From contig SMSO01000032.1 of NCBI GenBank assembly GCA_004764695.1, positions 868,001 through 932,000 of the forward strand: a stretch of 64,000 nucleotides of DNA, read 5' to 3'. Positions 21,177-30,329 of this stretch are shown one piece after another. The position numbers and the translations under genes are program-made. The notes under the pieces are model-generated. The model ran no database searches. It was given only the letters and a program-made list of their open reading frames with translations, and was not told the DNA's origin. Numbering within the stretch: the first letter of the stretch is position 1; each line of letters opens with the position of its first letter. This DNA comes from Schizochytrium sp. TIO01. Its lineage: Eukaryota; Protista; Bigyra: Labyrinthulomycetes.

Positions 21177-23855
21177 ATGTACAACCAGTCCGGCGGTCGC
21201 CGCTCAGTAGCGGTGGGCGTGCCGAATCGTGGCGGCCTGACAGGATCACGGAAATCATATCCTCGAGATCTTAGTGTGGCACAAAGTTTGCAAGAACCTC
21301 GCACGTTGGCGAACTTTATGGATCTCTTTGCACCAGGAAATCGAAGCGGTTTTCTTGAGGTGAACTGCGTGCAGAGGGGACACAGCCCGCATCACGCTCA
21401 ATGGAAACACAAATATGTCAAGTTAGAGGACGGTGTACTTTACTGTGCTGATGACAAGGTGTCCCCGATGGAGCAACTTGTCACAATTGACGAAGTGAAT
21501 AGTGTCAAGACAGCTAGATCTTTGGAGAGTGATACCATTATCTCGTTGTCAACACCGACACAATGCTTTTACTTGCACACGAAGGATGATGCAGAGATGA
21601 AAGATTGGCTCTTGTGTTTTCATCAAACGGTCATTAACCTTCTTATCACAGAAGCTCCATCCAGTGGAGCGACGCGACAGACGGTCGCAGGGCGCTCTCA
21701 AAGTGGTGACATGGACGAAGCGCCGCGACTTTGGTCCAACTCTGAAGAGGGAGGCTTTCCCTCTCTTGTGCGTTACGGCGGTAGCGACCTAGGTCAACAG
21801 CAGCTTGGGGCCTCGGCAGCCCTCGCTATTCTGCCTACAGTGGATCGGCTTCATCAGAACGGCAATGGGAATAGTGCTGCGCCATTGCTTGATCGTTCAG
21901 CGACCCGTGATACTGGAGCTCCGATCGCATTTGGTCTCTCGTCTCCCCGTGGTGTGCCTAATCGTCGCGCATCTGCCGCGGGAGCTTATTCCCTTGATTT
22001 TGATAGTAGTTCCACGGCAAGCCCCTCTCCCACAGGCTTCCTTTCATCTAGTCCGAGTCGTATCTCCGGAGGGCGGAGGACGTCATTCAACGGCCACACC
22101 ATCACAGAGTCAACTAAACGAGTGACAGAGCCTCCTTTGGAGCCTTTTCTGGGAAGCGTTTCTGATCATGGCGAAAATAATGATCTCACAAGATCAGATG
22201 CAGCTGTTTATTGGGCCCCACAACAGTCGCCTCAACATCAATATCATTCTCAGTACCAAAACCATGAGCACGACCCCCTTGATTTTAACGGTTCAGGAGG
22301 TGGATTCGGAGGTTCAGCAGGAACCTCCCAAGGCCTGGCATCTCTTTCATCGTCTAATGCACCTTCTTGGAGCACAATTTCATCTCCAAAGGCGTCCCCT
22401 GCAGCACCATTAGCTGCATCAATGAACTCCCATAAATCTACGACGCCTCCCCCAGCCCCAGCTCCAGCCCCAGCTGCCAAACCCAAATCCAAATACGTTC
22501 CACCTCATTTGCGTCATGCAGCCGGGGCCAGCGAAGCAGAGCCTGAGATTCATCATTACAGTAGTGGTGAGGAGAGCATGAGTCCTGGTCCGCGGCGGCC
22601 AAGCTTTGCGGCTGCAGCACCAAGTCCGCTCTTCTTGAGCAATGATGACATGGGGATGTTTGCCATGGAGGGTATGGGAAGTGCTGGAGGTAGCAGTGCC
22701 AATGGCGGTGCCGGAAACACAGGAGCTCAGCTACAAGGATCTTCTGATCACGCTGGGGTTGAGGGCACTGATGTCCATGCCAATAATGCCATGTTTGGTC
22801 GCCGTGCTGACATTGGTTGTCGGAATGCCATGGAGGACTTTGACGTAGGCTTTCCACGTCTTGCTGAAGGAGAGTCTCTCGGTTTTTATGCTGTGTATGA
22901 TGGACACTGCGGTACACGTGTTGCAGAACTAGCAAGCCAGCATTTGCATGAGTATGCTCTGGGCCACGAAGCCATGTTTGAGGAATGGCCACACGGTGCT
23001 CGGATGGCAACTTTTGCTGCATTCGATCGTCTCGAGAATGAAATAGTCGAACTCGCCAAAGAAAGCGAAGTTCCACTTCGAGATGGGTCTTGTGCGATCG
23101 TGGCGCTTGTGCACTACCCTTCGCCAGACAGTGAGGATGCTGACGGCGTGGCGGTTGCAAATCTGGGCGATTCGCGAGCCGTCCTGTTTAGCCATCACTA
23201 TGTAAGTGATTTGTCACTCGAGCACTCTCCAGCACGCGCTGATGAACGGGCGAGAATAGAAAGTATTGGGGGCTGGGTGACAGTGGAGCGTGAGATGCTG
23301 ATTGAAAAATTGCACCGCATGGACTTGAATGATCCAGAAATTCGCGATCGCGCTACGCGTCGCTTTAATTATGTCGAGACTAGCCGTGTGAACGGAGAAT
23401 TGGCTGTTTCTCGTGCTCTGGGTGATCTTGACTACAAGAAACCCGCGCAGGATGAGTACAGATGGTTTTTTCCAAGCAACCACGAGGCAGCCGGCCAAGC
23501 ATCGTATGTCTTTGGTGATGATTTGGTCATTGCCACTCCTGAGTGGAATCACGTGCAGCTAGATGACCTGGCTAACGAGCAAGCGAACTCTGATAAGCAA
23601 CGAGTCGCGGAGGATCCTACTCTTGCCGTGGGCCCTTTTCTGATTATTGCCTGTGATGGTTTATGGGATGCTATTACTAGTGAAGAGGCTGTTCAATACT
23701 GTCGCCAATGCACGAACCCTCAGCAGGCAAGTGACTTGCTCGTGGATATGGCTATTCGAATGGGTACTTCGGACAACATTACTGCGCTAGTCATTCCTCT
23801 TGCCAGGGATGCCTTTTCGCGCCCACCTGATTATGATGATCACTGCACATTTTGA
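21177..23855 (+). CDS. PH-domain-containing PP2C/PPM protein phosphatase (892 aa)
   Basis: N-terminal PH domain (SGFL...WKHKYVKLEDGVLY...FYLHTKDDAEMKDWL). Full PPM motif set: RNAMED, AVYDGHCG, DGSCA, VANLGDSRAVL, RVNGELAVSRALGD, FLIIACDGLWD, GTSDNITALVI. Confidence 0.95.
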   Translation: MYNQSGGRRSVAVGVPNRGGLTGSRKSYPRDLSVAQSLQEPRTLANFMDLFAPGNRSGFLEVNCVQRGHSPHHAQWKHKYVKLEDGVLYCADDKVSPMEQLVTIDEVNSVKTARSLESDTIISLSTPTQCFYLHTKDDAEMKDWLLCFHQTVINLLITEAPSSGATRQTVAGRSQSGDMDEAPRLWSNSEEGGFPSLVRYGGSDLGQQQLGASAALAILPTVDRLHQNGNGNSAAPLLDRSATRDTGAPIAFGLSSPRGVPNRRASAAGAYSLDFDSSSTASPSPTGFLSSSPSRISGGRRTSFNGHTITESTKRVTEPPLEPFLGSVSDHGENNDLTRSDAAVYWAPQQSPQHQYHSQYQNHEHDPLDFNGSGGGFGGSAGTSQGLASLSSSNAPSWSTISSPKASPAAPLAASMNSHKSTTPPPAPAPAPAAKPKSKYVPPHLRHAAGASEAEPEIHHYSSGEESMSPGPRRPSFAAAAPSPLFLSNDDMGMFAMEGMGSAGGSSANGGAGNTGAQLQGSSDHAGVEGTDVHANNAMFGRRADIGCRNAMEDFDVGFPRLAEGESLGFYAVYDGHCGTRVAELASQHLHEYALGHEAMFEEWPHGARMATFAAFDRLENEIVELAKESEVPLRDGSCAIVALVHYPSPDSEDADGVAVANLGDSRAVLFSHHYVSDLSLEHSPARADERARIESIGGWVTVEREMLIEKLHRMDLNDPEIRDRATRRFNYVETSRVNGELAVSRALGDLDYKKPAQDEYRWFFPSNHEAAGQASYVFGDDLVIATPEWNHVQLDDLANEQANSDKQRVAEDPTLAVGPFLIIACDGLWDAITSEEAVQYCRQCTNPQQASDLLVDMAIRMGTSDNITALVIPLARDAFSRPPDYDDHCTF

Positions 23856-24914
23856 CTGTAACAAAATCTCATCCTGTGATTTTCAGCATGTATCCTGTTG
23901 TTGATTTTTCACCATTCTTGTCCTTTTTTATCTCTATAAACTTTGCTTAGGCGTGGTAAAACACACAGAACACCCAAGTGTTTGATTTTACCAATTCCTC
24001 CTCTGAATAATAGTCTTAAGGTTGAATGCTTCATCCATGAGATTGCACAGCTGTATTTCCTGTTGTGAAGATTCATCGTGTTGTGTATTTCCTCCACCGC
24101 ACCTAAAAACCCAAAGTGAAAATGAAACTTCTAGTATCTATTATTCTTTTCTTTTTCTCTCTTCCTGTGTTTTGATCCTATCGCAATCTACTTGATTACT
24201 ATCTAATGAAGTAAATGAAAGGTATCGTTAGCCTCCACACGATCGTGCAAACATCCAAGTATATTCGTGTCTTTTGTCTTTAGTCGACACCTTGCTAAAA
24301 GTTGCGAATATCATTACCCTCAATCTTTGCAAAAAAATAAATTGTCTGATCTTGAACTACTAAATTATTATTTTTTTAAATTGCGGACACTTAGTCTCAC
24401 GCTGATAACCACGCCGCAAAAATTACGGCGCGATGTGGCGCCGAATTTATGGAGCGAAGCAGCCCGAATAAAAAGGATCGAGACGCCACGCAGCCGCTAC
24501 TGTAGCAGTTGCTCTTGCTCCGTCTCGTGTGCTGAGCTTGGTGCTTAGCCGTGAGTGCCCGTCATTAATCTTTCTCCTACTCTTTTCTCGTCTCTGATCT
24601 GCGCGCCTTCGCCTCTCTGCAGAGGTGCCGTCGCTGCGCATTGACTGAGTCAACGCCCATTTGTTTCTTTGCTCATTTCTTCGTCGATCCGCTAAGTCGT
24701 TGTTTAGCGACACGTGTTTGCTCGCGTAGTCTCTTTATTAGCTTGAGATCTGTGCTCTTCGTTATTTTGCTTTTGCACAGTTGTCTGCACCAGTGTTTGA
24801 TTTCTTAAAGAGCGGCACGGATTTCCAGCATATCTTCTCTTTTTCAACTTGGAGTCAGCCAGCAGCCAACTTTAGATTTGAGCTTCGTAATTTCGCTCCT
24901 TTCACAACAGCAAA

Positions 24915-25523
24915 ATGTTTCCTCTCTCACTGCTCCGCGCGGCTGAGAACAGCACTGTGATGATTGAGCTCAAGAACGGCGAGACCTACGCTGGCACGCT
25001 CGTGAACTGTGACAACTTCATGAACATCAACCTGAAGGATGTCACGCTTACATCTGCCGACGGTGCCTCCTTCTTTAAGATTATGGAGTGCTATGTGCGC
25101 GGATCCACCATCAAGTACCTTCGCGTCGCTCCTGCCATGCTGGACAAGGCCGAGGAACTCGAGGCCAACAACTCGCGCCCTCGCACAGGAGGCAGCCGCG
25201 GAGGCCGGGGCCGAGGCCGGGGAGGCTATAATTCTGGCAACAATTCCGGCGGCTACCGTGAGGGTGGTCGCGGAGGATCTCGTGGAGGCCACTCATACAA
25301 CAACAACAACAATAACAGCGTTAGTGGTAACTCCGATAGAAGCGGAGGTCGCGGTAGCAATGATCGTGGTCGCGGTCGCGGCAGGGGCCGTGGAGGTAAC
25401 CGCGGCGGGTCAAACCGTGGCGGTCGTGGTGGAAACAACAACAGCAACAACAACAACAACAACAACAACAGGCCGAACAGAAACGACAACAACAACAACA
25501 ACACTTCCTCCTCTCAGGCATAA
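24915..25523 (+). CDS. LSM4: U6 snRNA-associated Sm-like protein LSm4 with RGG- and Asn-rich tail
   Basis: MFPLSLLR...IELKNGETY.G.LVNCDNFMNINLKDV..TSADG..F....ECYVRGSTIKYLRV is the LSm4 signature. The C-terminal tail has RG/RGG repeats. Confidence 0.93.
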   Translation: MFPLSLLRAAENSTVMIELKNGETYAGTLVNCDNFMNINLKDVTLTSADGASFFKIMECYVRGSTIKYLRVAPAMLDKAEELEANNSRPRTGGSRGGRGRGRGGYNSGNNSGGYREGGRGGSRGGHSYNNNNNNSVSGNSDRSGGRGSNDRGRGRGRGRGGNRGGSNRGGRGGNNNSNNNNNNNNRPNRNDNNNNNTSSSQA

Positions 25524-26063
25524 TATCTTTTATTGCATGTATTTCACATTTTCTTTTTTTGATAGAATTGTTTGAGTCTCTCTACTTGAGAGCAGTTGCT
25601 TGACAACTGCATAGTCATACGATATACACACAAGAACTTCCGAACTGAACATGCTCGAAGCGCTCATGAATAGATCGACATGATTTTAAGAATCAGTTCT
25701 CGGTTTAAAATAAAACTCTTCTTCTTTGAAGCACAACTATCTCACAGCATTTTTTTGCAGAGCAAAATTTTGACATTCTCCATGGTTTCCTACCAGACTC
25801 GGACATCAGACGTAGAGTGTGGAGCATCTAAATTGATACATAATTGGAGTATTTGTAAAATGCATGTGTTGTGGCGCACCGCCAGATTATCTTTTCGAGT
25901 TATGTGAGCCGAATTAATGATATATGTTGAAGCCCTAAAAATTCCCAGCTGCTATTCTGTTGATTTTCATGTATTGTAACACTTTAGAAGGAGTATGAAA
26001 AGATACCGACTATTGAAGAGGCAATTTCTTCTTGGAAAATTCTCTGTGGTAAAATCGAAGATA

Positions 26064-26651
26064 CTAGGCTTGCGGGTGAGCCTTTGAAAGTAGCTCAAGT
26101 GGCCTCGGTATCTCTTGAAGACTTAAAGGTGCTTGATAGCCCTTACCTCGTGGTACAGTTTCGCTGTTTGTGTGCAAGGTAGCAGCCATTATTTCTGCAC
26201 GTTTTGATCCAATGAGGCGCCCAAACCAATTCTGGGAAGTCGAGGTTTGAATGTTTGGTCTCTGGGAAGGATCAATACCAACTTGCCGTTCTGCGTTCTC
26301 AATATGCATCTCAAAAGCTTTCAGGCTTGATTCAACGTTTCGCACATAGTTTTCCGCCGCTTCGATTTCTGCAAAAACATCCTGAAGCTCTTTAAGTGGC
26401 CCTTGAGCCAACCTCTGCACTATAGATTTCGTAGCAGCCAGCCTTGCTTCTGCTAATTGAAGCCCGTTCTCCGCATCCTGTGCTCCATTTGAGGCATCAA
26501 CTACCGCAAGCTCGAGCTCTCTGACAGGCTTTGGCTCTTCTTCACCTTGATCAAATCCAGTTTCTTGAGCAAGAGGTTTGTCACCTGCAGAATCCTTCAC
26601 GGCTTTGAAAATAGTCCTTGCGACGGTCTCGATTTCTTTCTTTGCATCCAT
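26064..26651 (-). CDS. Coiled-coil protein, probably BLOC-1 subunit 4 (cappuccino/CNO)-like (195 aa)
   Basis: The segment KELQDVFAEIEAAENYVRNVESSLKAFEMHIENAERQVG parallels the BLOC1S4 core helix as I recall it (..I..LE.FV..V...V..ME..V..AE..LG). A C-terminal GYQAP resembles GYEAP. Size fits. The CDS call is confident; the family call is moderate. Confidence 0.65.
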   Translation of the reverse strand: MDAKKEIETVARTIFKAVKDSAGDKPLAQETGFDQGEEEPKPVRELELAVVDASNGAQDAENGLQLAEARLAATKSIVQRLAQGPLKELQDVFAEIEAAENYVRNVESSLKAFEMHIENAERQVGIDPSQRPNIQTSTSQNWFGRLIGSKRAEIMAATLHTNSETVPRGKGYQAPLSLQEIPRPLELLSKAHPQA

Positions 26652-26961
26652 GCTTCCATAGAAGAGTCAAGACCCACCTTTGTTGCTTAAAACCGAAGCA
26701 GTCTGGTCATGTCCTCGATTTGCAGATTGGTTTCTGCACTACTTGGCAATTAAGAAACAAAATTAAAAACAAAGAAAAAAAGAAGAACAAATCAATAACT
26801 ATAATGAAAAGAGTGAGATTATATTGAAACAGTAAACTCAATATTGCCGTTCACCGCCTTCGTTTTCGTGAATCGGGTTCGCATTAGGTACCCTTCGCGA
26901 CAAGTTTAGAGTTTGTGCAACGTAATAGATTGCTATAAAGTTCTGCTACGGATCTGAGAGG
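26652..26961. promoter_or_regulatory. Probable bidirectional promoter (310 bp between divergent start codons)
   Basis: Head-to-head ATGs at 26651 (-) and 26962 (+) with a central A-rich tract (about 26755-26815). Confidence 0.55.
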
Positions 26962-27897
26962 ATGTCCTGGGCTTCTGGCGGCGGTATGGCAGCCATGATG
27001 GCAGCCATGGGGCAGCAAGTTGGAGGAGACCGTGCAGGGCAAACAAACGGTGGAAGCTCGTCAGGGATGATGGATGGGATGTCAGAGGCAGAACACAAGG
27101 CTCACGAAATTCGAGTCGCGCGTCTCCGGGACTCTTCGACGACTGGAAGCAGGGAAGGCGAAAATTACAAGGCTGGAAATACAGCGGTTGCCAGGGCCGA
27201 TTGGGCGAGCTCTTACCAAATGTGGAACGACTGGCAAGATGAGGAGATGTATCAGGAGAAGCTTGCTCGCGAGAAAGAACGTATTAATGCTGTCGAGCGT
27301 CGATCGCAAATTGCAGGATGTAACCATGATCATTCTGCGGAGCGTAATCTGGTAGAAAAATCTACACGCACTAAGCTGGACGAGTGTGCACAGTTCCGTG
27401 AGGAAGGCAACGCATGGTTTCAAGAGGGACAGTACTTCCGAGCAAGCGAAAAATACCGCCGAGTGACAGTTTGGCTTGACTACACATTTCCCTCTACCGA
27501 TGAAGAACAAGAAGAAATTAATAGGGTGCATCTACCAGCACTGGTGAATCAGGCAATTTGCTTCCTGAAACTTGACGATCCAGTTCAGGCAGTTGAGCAC
27601 GCTCGTCGTGCTTTGGAACTGGATCCGCAAAACATCAAGGCAATGTACTGCCGTGCAAAAGCGTACAGGCTCATGGACAACATTGATGAAGCCTCAAAGT
27701 ACTTAAAAGAAGCACTTGCACTTGCGCCTGATCATTTTGAACTGCGTAAAGAGGCTGCAATGCTGCGAAACATGGCCAATCGCTACCGTGAAGATACCAA
27801 ACTTCGCGCCCAGGCCATGTTTCATGGAAGCGCTGCACCTCCGGCTCCTCCATCTTCTATGCAAGGTTTGAGACATCAGCTTTTACGTATTGGGTAA
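26962..27897 (+). CDS. Tetratricopeptide repeat protein (FKBP/cyclophilin co-chaperone-type 3xTPR) with an N-terminal CxHDH motif (311 aa)
   Basis: FREEGNAWFQEGQYFRASEKY, ALVNQAICFLKL...AVEHARRALELDPQNIKAMYCRAKAY and ASKYLKEALALAP. GCNHDHSAER lies upstream of the TPRs. Confidence 0.9.
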   Translation: MSWASGGGMAAMMAAMGQQVGGDRAGQTNGGSSSGMMDGMSEAEHKAHEIRVARLRDSSTTGSREGENYKAGNTAVARADWASSYQMWNDWQDEEMYQEKLAREKERINAVERRSQIAGCNHDHSAERNLVEKSTRTKLDECAQFREEGNAWFQEGQYFRASEKYRRVTVWLDYTFPSTDEEQEEINRVHLPALVNQAICFLKLDDPVQAVEHARRALELDPQNIKAMYCRAKAYRLMDNIDEASKYLKEALALAPDHFELRKEAAMLRNMANRYREDTKLRAQAMFHGSAAPPAPPSSMQGLRHQLLRIG

Positions 27898-29375
27898 GCC
27901 ATTGTGCGGCTGGAGTGTTCCACGTTTTGATCAGATTTTGCATTGTGACATATATTTTACCGTGTCTGCGTGTTTCACCAATTCACGAATGTACCAAATT
28001 GAGCATTCTGTACAGAAGTTCTCCTGAGTAAATCTTAAAAAAATCAGTGTATACTTGATAAGTTCACAAAGAGAGACGAAATCTTGTAATCCACAAATTC
28101 TTCTGGACCTTTGCCCTCCCGCTCTCCGTTAGGGATGGATTGAGAGAACTAAAGGTAAAGTAATTTAGCATATGGAATTTTTTTTGAAATAGTATGTCCT
28201 ATTTACTGAGAGATGAATCTAATTTACTCAAGTCAGGTAATAGGGATTGATGGTAAAGGCTTGAAAAGGCTAGAGTACACTTTAGCTTTTAGAGTAAGCA
28301 ATTTGTTGTCTCTGGAACTGAGATTCAAAGGCAGACTAATTCTAGTTCTAATGACGGAACTAAGAAAGTTTGGCCTCCATTAAACACGATTGAAGATGTC
28401 AGATTAAATTGCCTCTTTAACGATCAATTCAATTCTCCACAAACACACTTTATCGAGAGTGTACGCATTATTCTGGTTCTTTGGAGTTCTCAAACCCCGG
28501 GCCTGCTTGTGTTTACATTTACAGTAGAGTGTCTATAGCTCTAGTATTGTCTTGCCTGCATTTTCTTTTGGTAGGAGATCATAGTGTAATATCAACAGAG
28601 GAATGGCCGCGAATGTTTGAAATTAGATTCTATAACCTAAATTTATTCTCTGTAGTTTTCTCTAAGCTTATTTTGTTGGTAAGAGCCCCTAAATGTTCAC
28701 CAAGATTATTATGTAGTACTCATCTGTTCGTCAACATCTGTATACGTGCTAGAGGTTACTAGATCATCTAGAAGTTCTGTGCTTGTGCATTTGGGTTCAC
28801 GTGACTAGCTACCTCAAATGTCCATGAACAAAACATTTCAGAGTCGAAACATCATGTCATGCAAGTTGTTTGGCTTGATGAACACTGTCTCTTATAAATA
28901 CTGAAAGTATTTCAATATTTTCAAAATAGTTTTGTTCTCCAGAATGAATGAGATAGAAGGCCAACGTGTCACAAAACTGGATTTGCATTCCTGCTTGAAT
29001 ACTGCACCGCGTCTACTGACGATATTTATGGGCATTTGGTGCTCTTCGTTCAGCAAGATTTCGAACATAAAGCTAGTATGTTCAAATTAGATGAACCGTA
29101 AAAAGTGTATCACGTTAAAGATAGGCACGTTGACGAGCGAATGCGATTCTTGTGATTCGAATCGTTATTATTGTACATAGCACGGTTTGCAAACGCTGCA
29201 TACCTTTAAGGTTATCGGAGAAAGCGAAAGCAAGGTGACCTCTCTTTACAGTTCTTGCCAACTATACTTGTAAGAAGATGGAACTTAAGAAATCTCTACA
29301 TGGTAGTTTTCATTCCATAAATGGATGATAAATAATTATTCAGGTCTTTGTCAAGAAATATAGGCTAGGTGAAAA

Positions 29376-29537
29376 ATGGCATGGCCAAGGAACCACCAAG
29401 CTCCAACCTTTTCAAGTGAAGAAAACTTTCAGTACAAACCGGCAAAGCACTTCAACCAGAAATTTGGCGTCTCAGCAAGTGCCATCTGGGAGTGGACCGA
29501 TGGAAGACGCGTGCGCAACGGGCGCTTCCCCGAGTGA
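29376..29537 (+). pseudogene. tnpA: Truncated IS607 TnpA (serine recombinase), N-terminal MerR-like HTH only, 53 aa
   Basis: MAWPRNHQAPTFSSEENFQYKPAKHFNQKFGVSASAIWEWTDGRRVRNGRFPE* matches the Y....fGVS..tl..W...G.v...R.P pattern of IS607 TnpA HTHs. It is below the ORF-track cutoff. Confidence 0.65.
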
Positions 29538-29846
29538 AGACTACCATGTTTTCCTTTTGCTTAATTCGAAAACTTTCCAGATGGCCAAAAAGTTAACAAG
29601 ACGGATTAAACGCAAGACAGCTCGAATGATGTGTCGTTGGGGCCATATTAGACTCTGTGAAGGCGTGGATGTCACGATTGGCTACCAGCTACGTGCTTTC
29701 ATTTTGAGCATTTGATTTTTGTCGTGGATGGCACCACATTCGTTGCATGTTTTTGAATTGTAACCCTCTCGGCATATAAAAAGTTTACACCAAGGGGAGA
29801 GCCAGGCTTTGCGAACGAGCCGGCCAGAGGCATTCTTTTGCGCTAA
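29536..29846 (+). pseudogene. Fanzor2/TnpB C-terminal fragment, frameshifted
   Basis: EDYHVFLLLNSKTFQMAKKLTRRIKRKTARMMCRWGH resembles the Fanzor2 pattern nYd.IllP.f.t..M.kk..R.i..ktaR.M..wsH. It is followed by NPLGI*KVY (LG..KvF/Y.C) and ANEPARGILLR* (D.NgARgIllR, RuvC-III) in shifted frames. Confidence 0.75.
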
Positions 29847-30001
29847 CTATTCGAGGACATGATTTTAAAATTGTCTTCGCGTCACATGATAGTTTTGAAT
29901 GAGCCTTAGCTCGACTTCATAGAAAATGCAAGGTCTATAAATTTACTAGGTTAATCGGAAGAGATAGAATAAGGATTGCTTTCGCGCGATTTTCAAAACA
30001 G
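29846..30001 (+). ncRNA. Candidate omegaRNA scaffold (possibly decayed) at the element's right end
   Basis: Hairpin CGAGGACA (29852-59)/TGTCTTCG (29872-79); hairpin GAGC-CTTA-GCTC (29901-12); hairpin GATTGC/GCGATT (29974-91); long-range stem GTTTTGAA (29892-99)/TTCAAAAC (29992-99). The position directly after the nuclease ORF is where omegaRNAs are encoded. Confidence 0.4.
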
Positions 30002-30329
30002 GCAAATGCTTTTATCCCGGGCAAGGAAATGAAATAGCAGCAGCAGCAGCAGCTGGAGGAGGAAACTTCAAAATAGAGACATGAGTTACTTTATTATACC
30101 CGATGCGGGATGATGTACACGATGAGGAGAACCCATTTGGTCTCCTGCTGAGAATTGGTTGTGTCATTGATCGGCAGATCTGAAGTCCAATGTGCGTGGA
30201 TGTTATCAGACCACACAGTTCTAGAAATTGCATAATGTAAGTGTTAAAGTGAGCCAAGGCATGGCTGTTCGATAGTAAGAGTATGTACGATTGCGACATG
30301 TGCTTGCACAGAGAAGTAGTAGAGATAAA

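Larger units (their letters stand above)
29376..30002 (+). mobile_element. Degenerate, internally deleted IS607-like element (TnpA + Fanzor2/TnpB)
   Basis: Collinear remnants in the expected order: TnpA HTH (29376-29537), Fanzor2 RuvC-II region (29536-29646), zinc-finger flank and RuvC-III (29760-29846), then a structured 3' region ending at AGG (30000-30002). Boundaries are approximate. Confidence 0.75.

Noticed and set aside
28940-29320. Coding-like frame with stops just upstream of the IS607 relic
   Set aside because: No identifiable motif, so it cannot be tied to the element.
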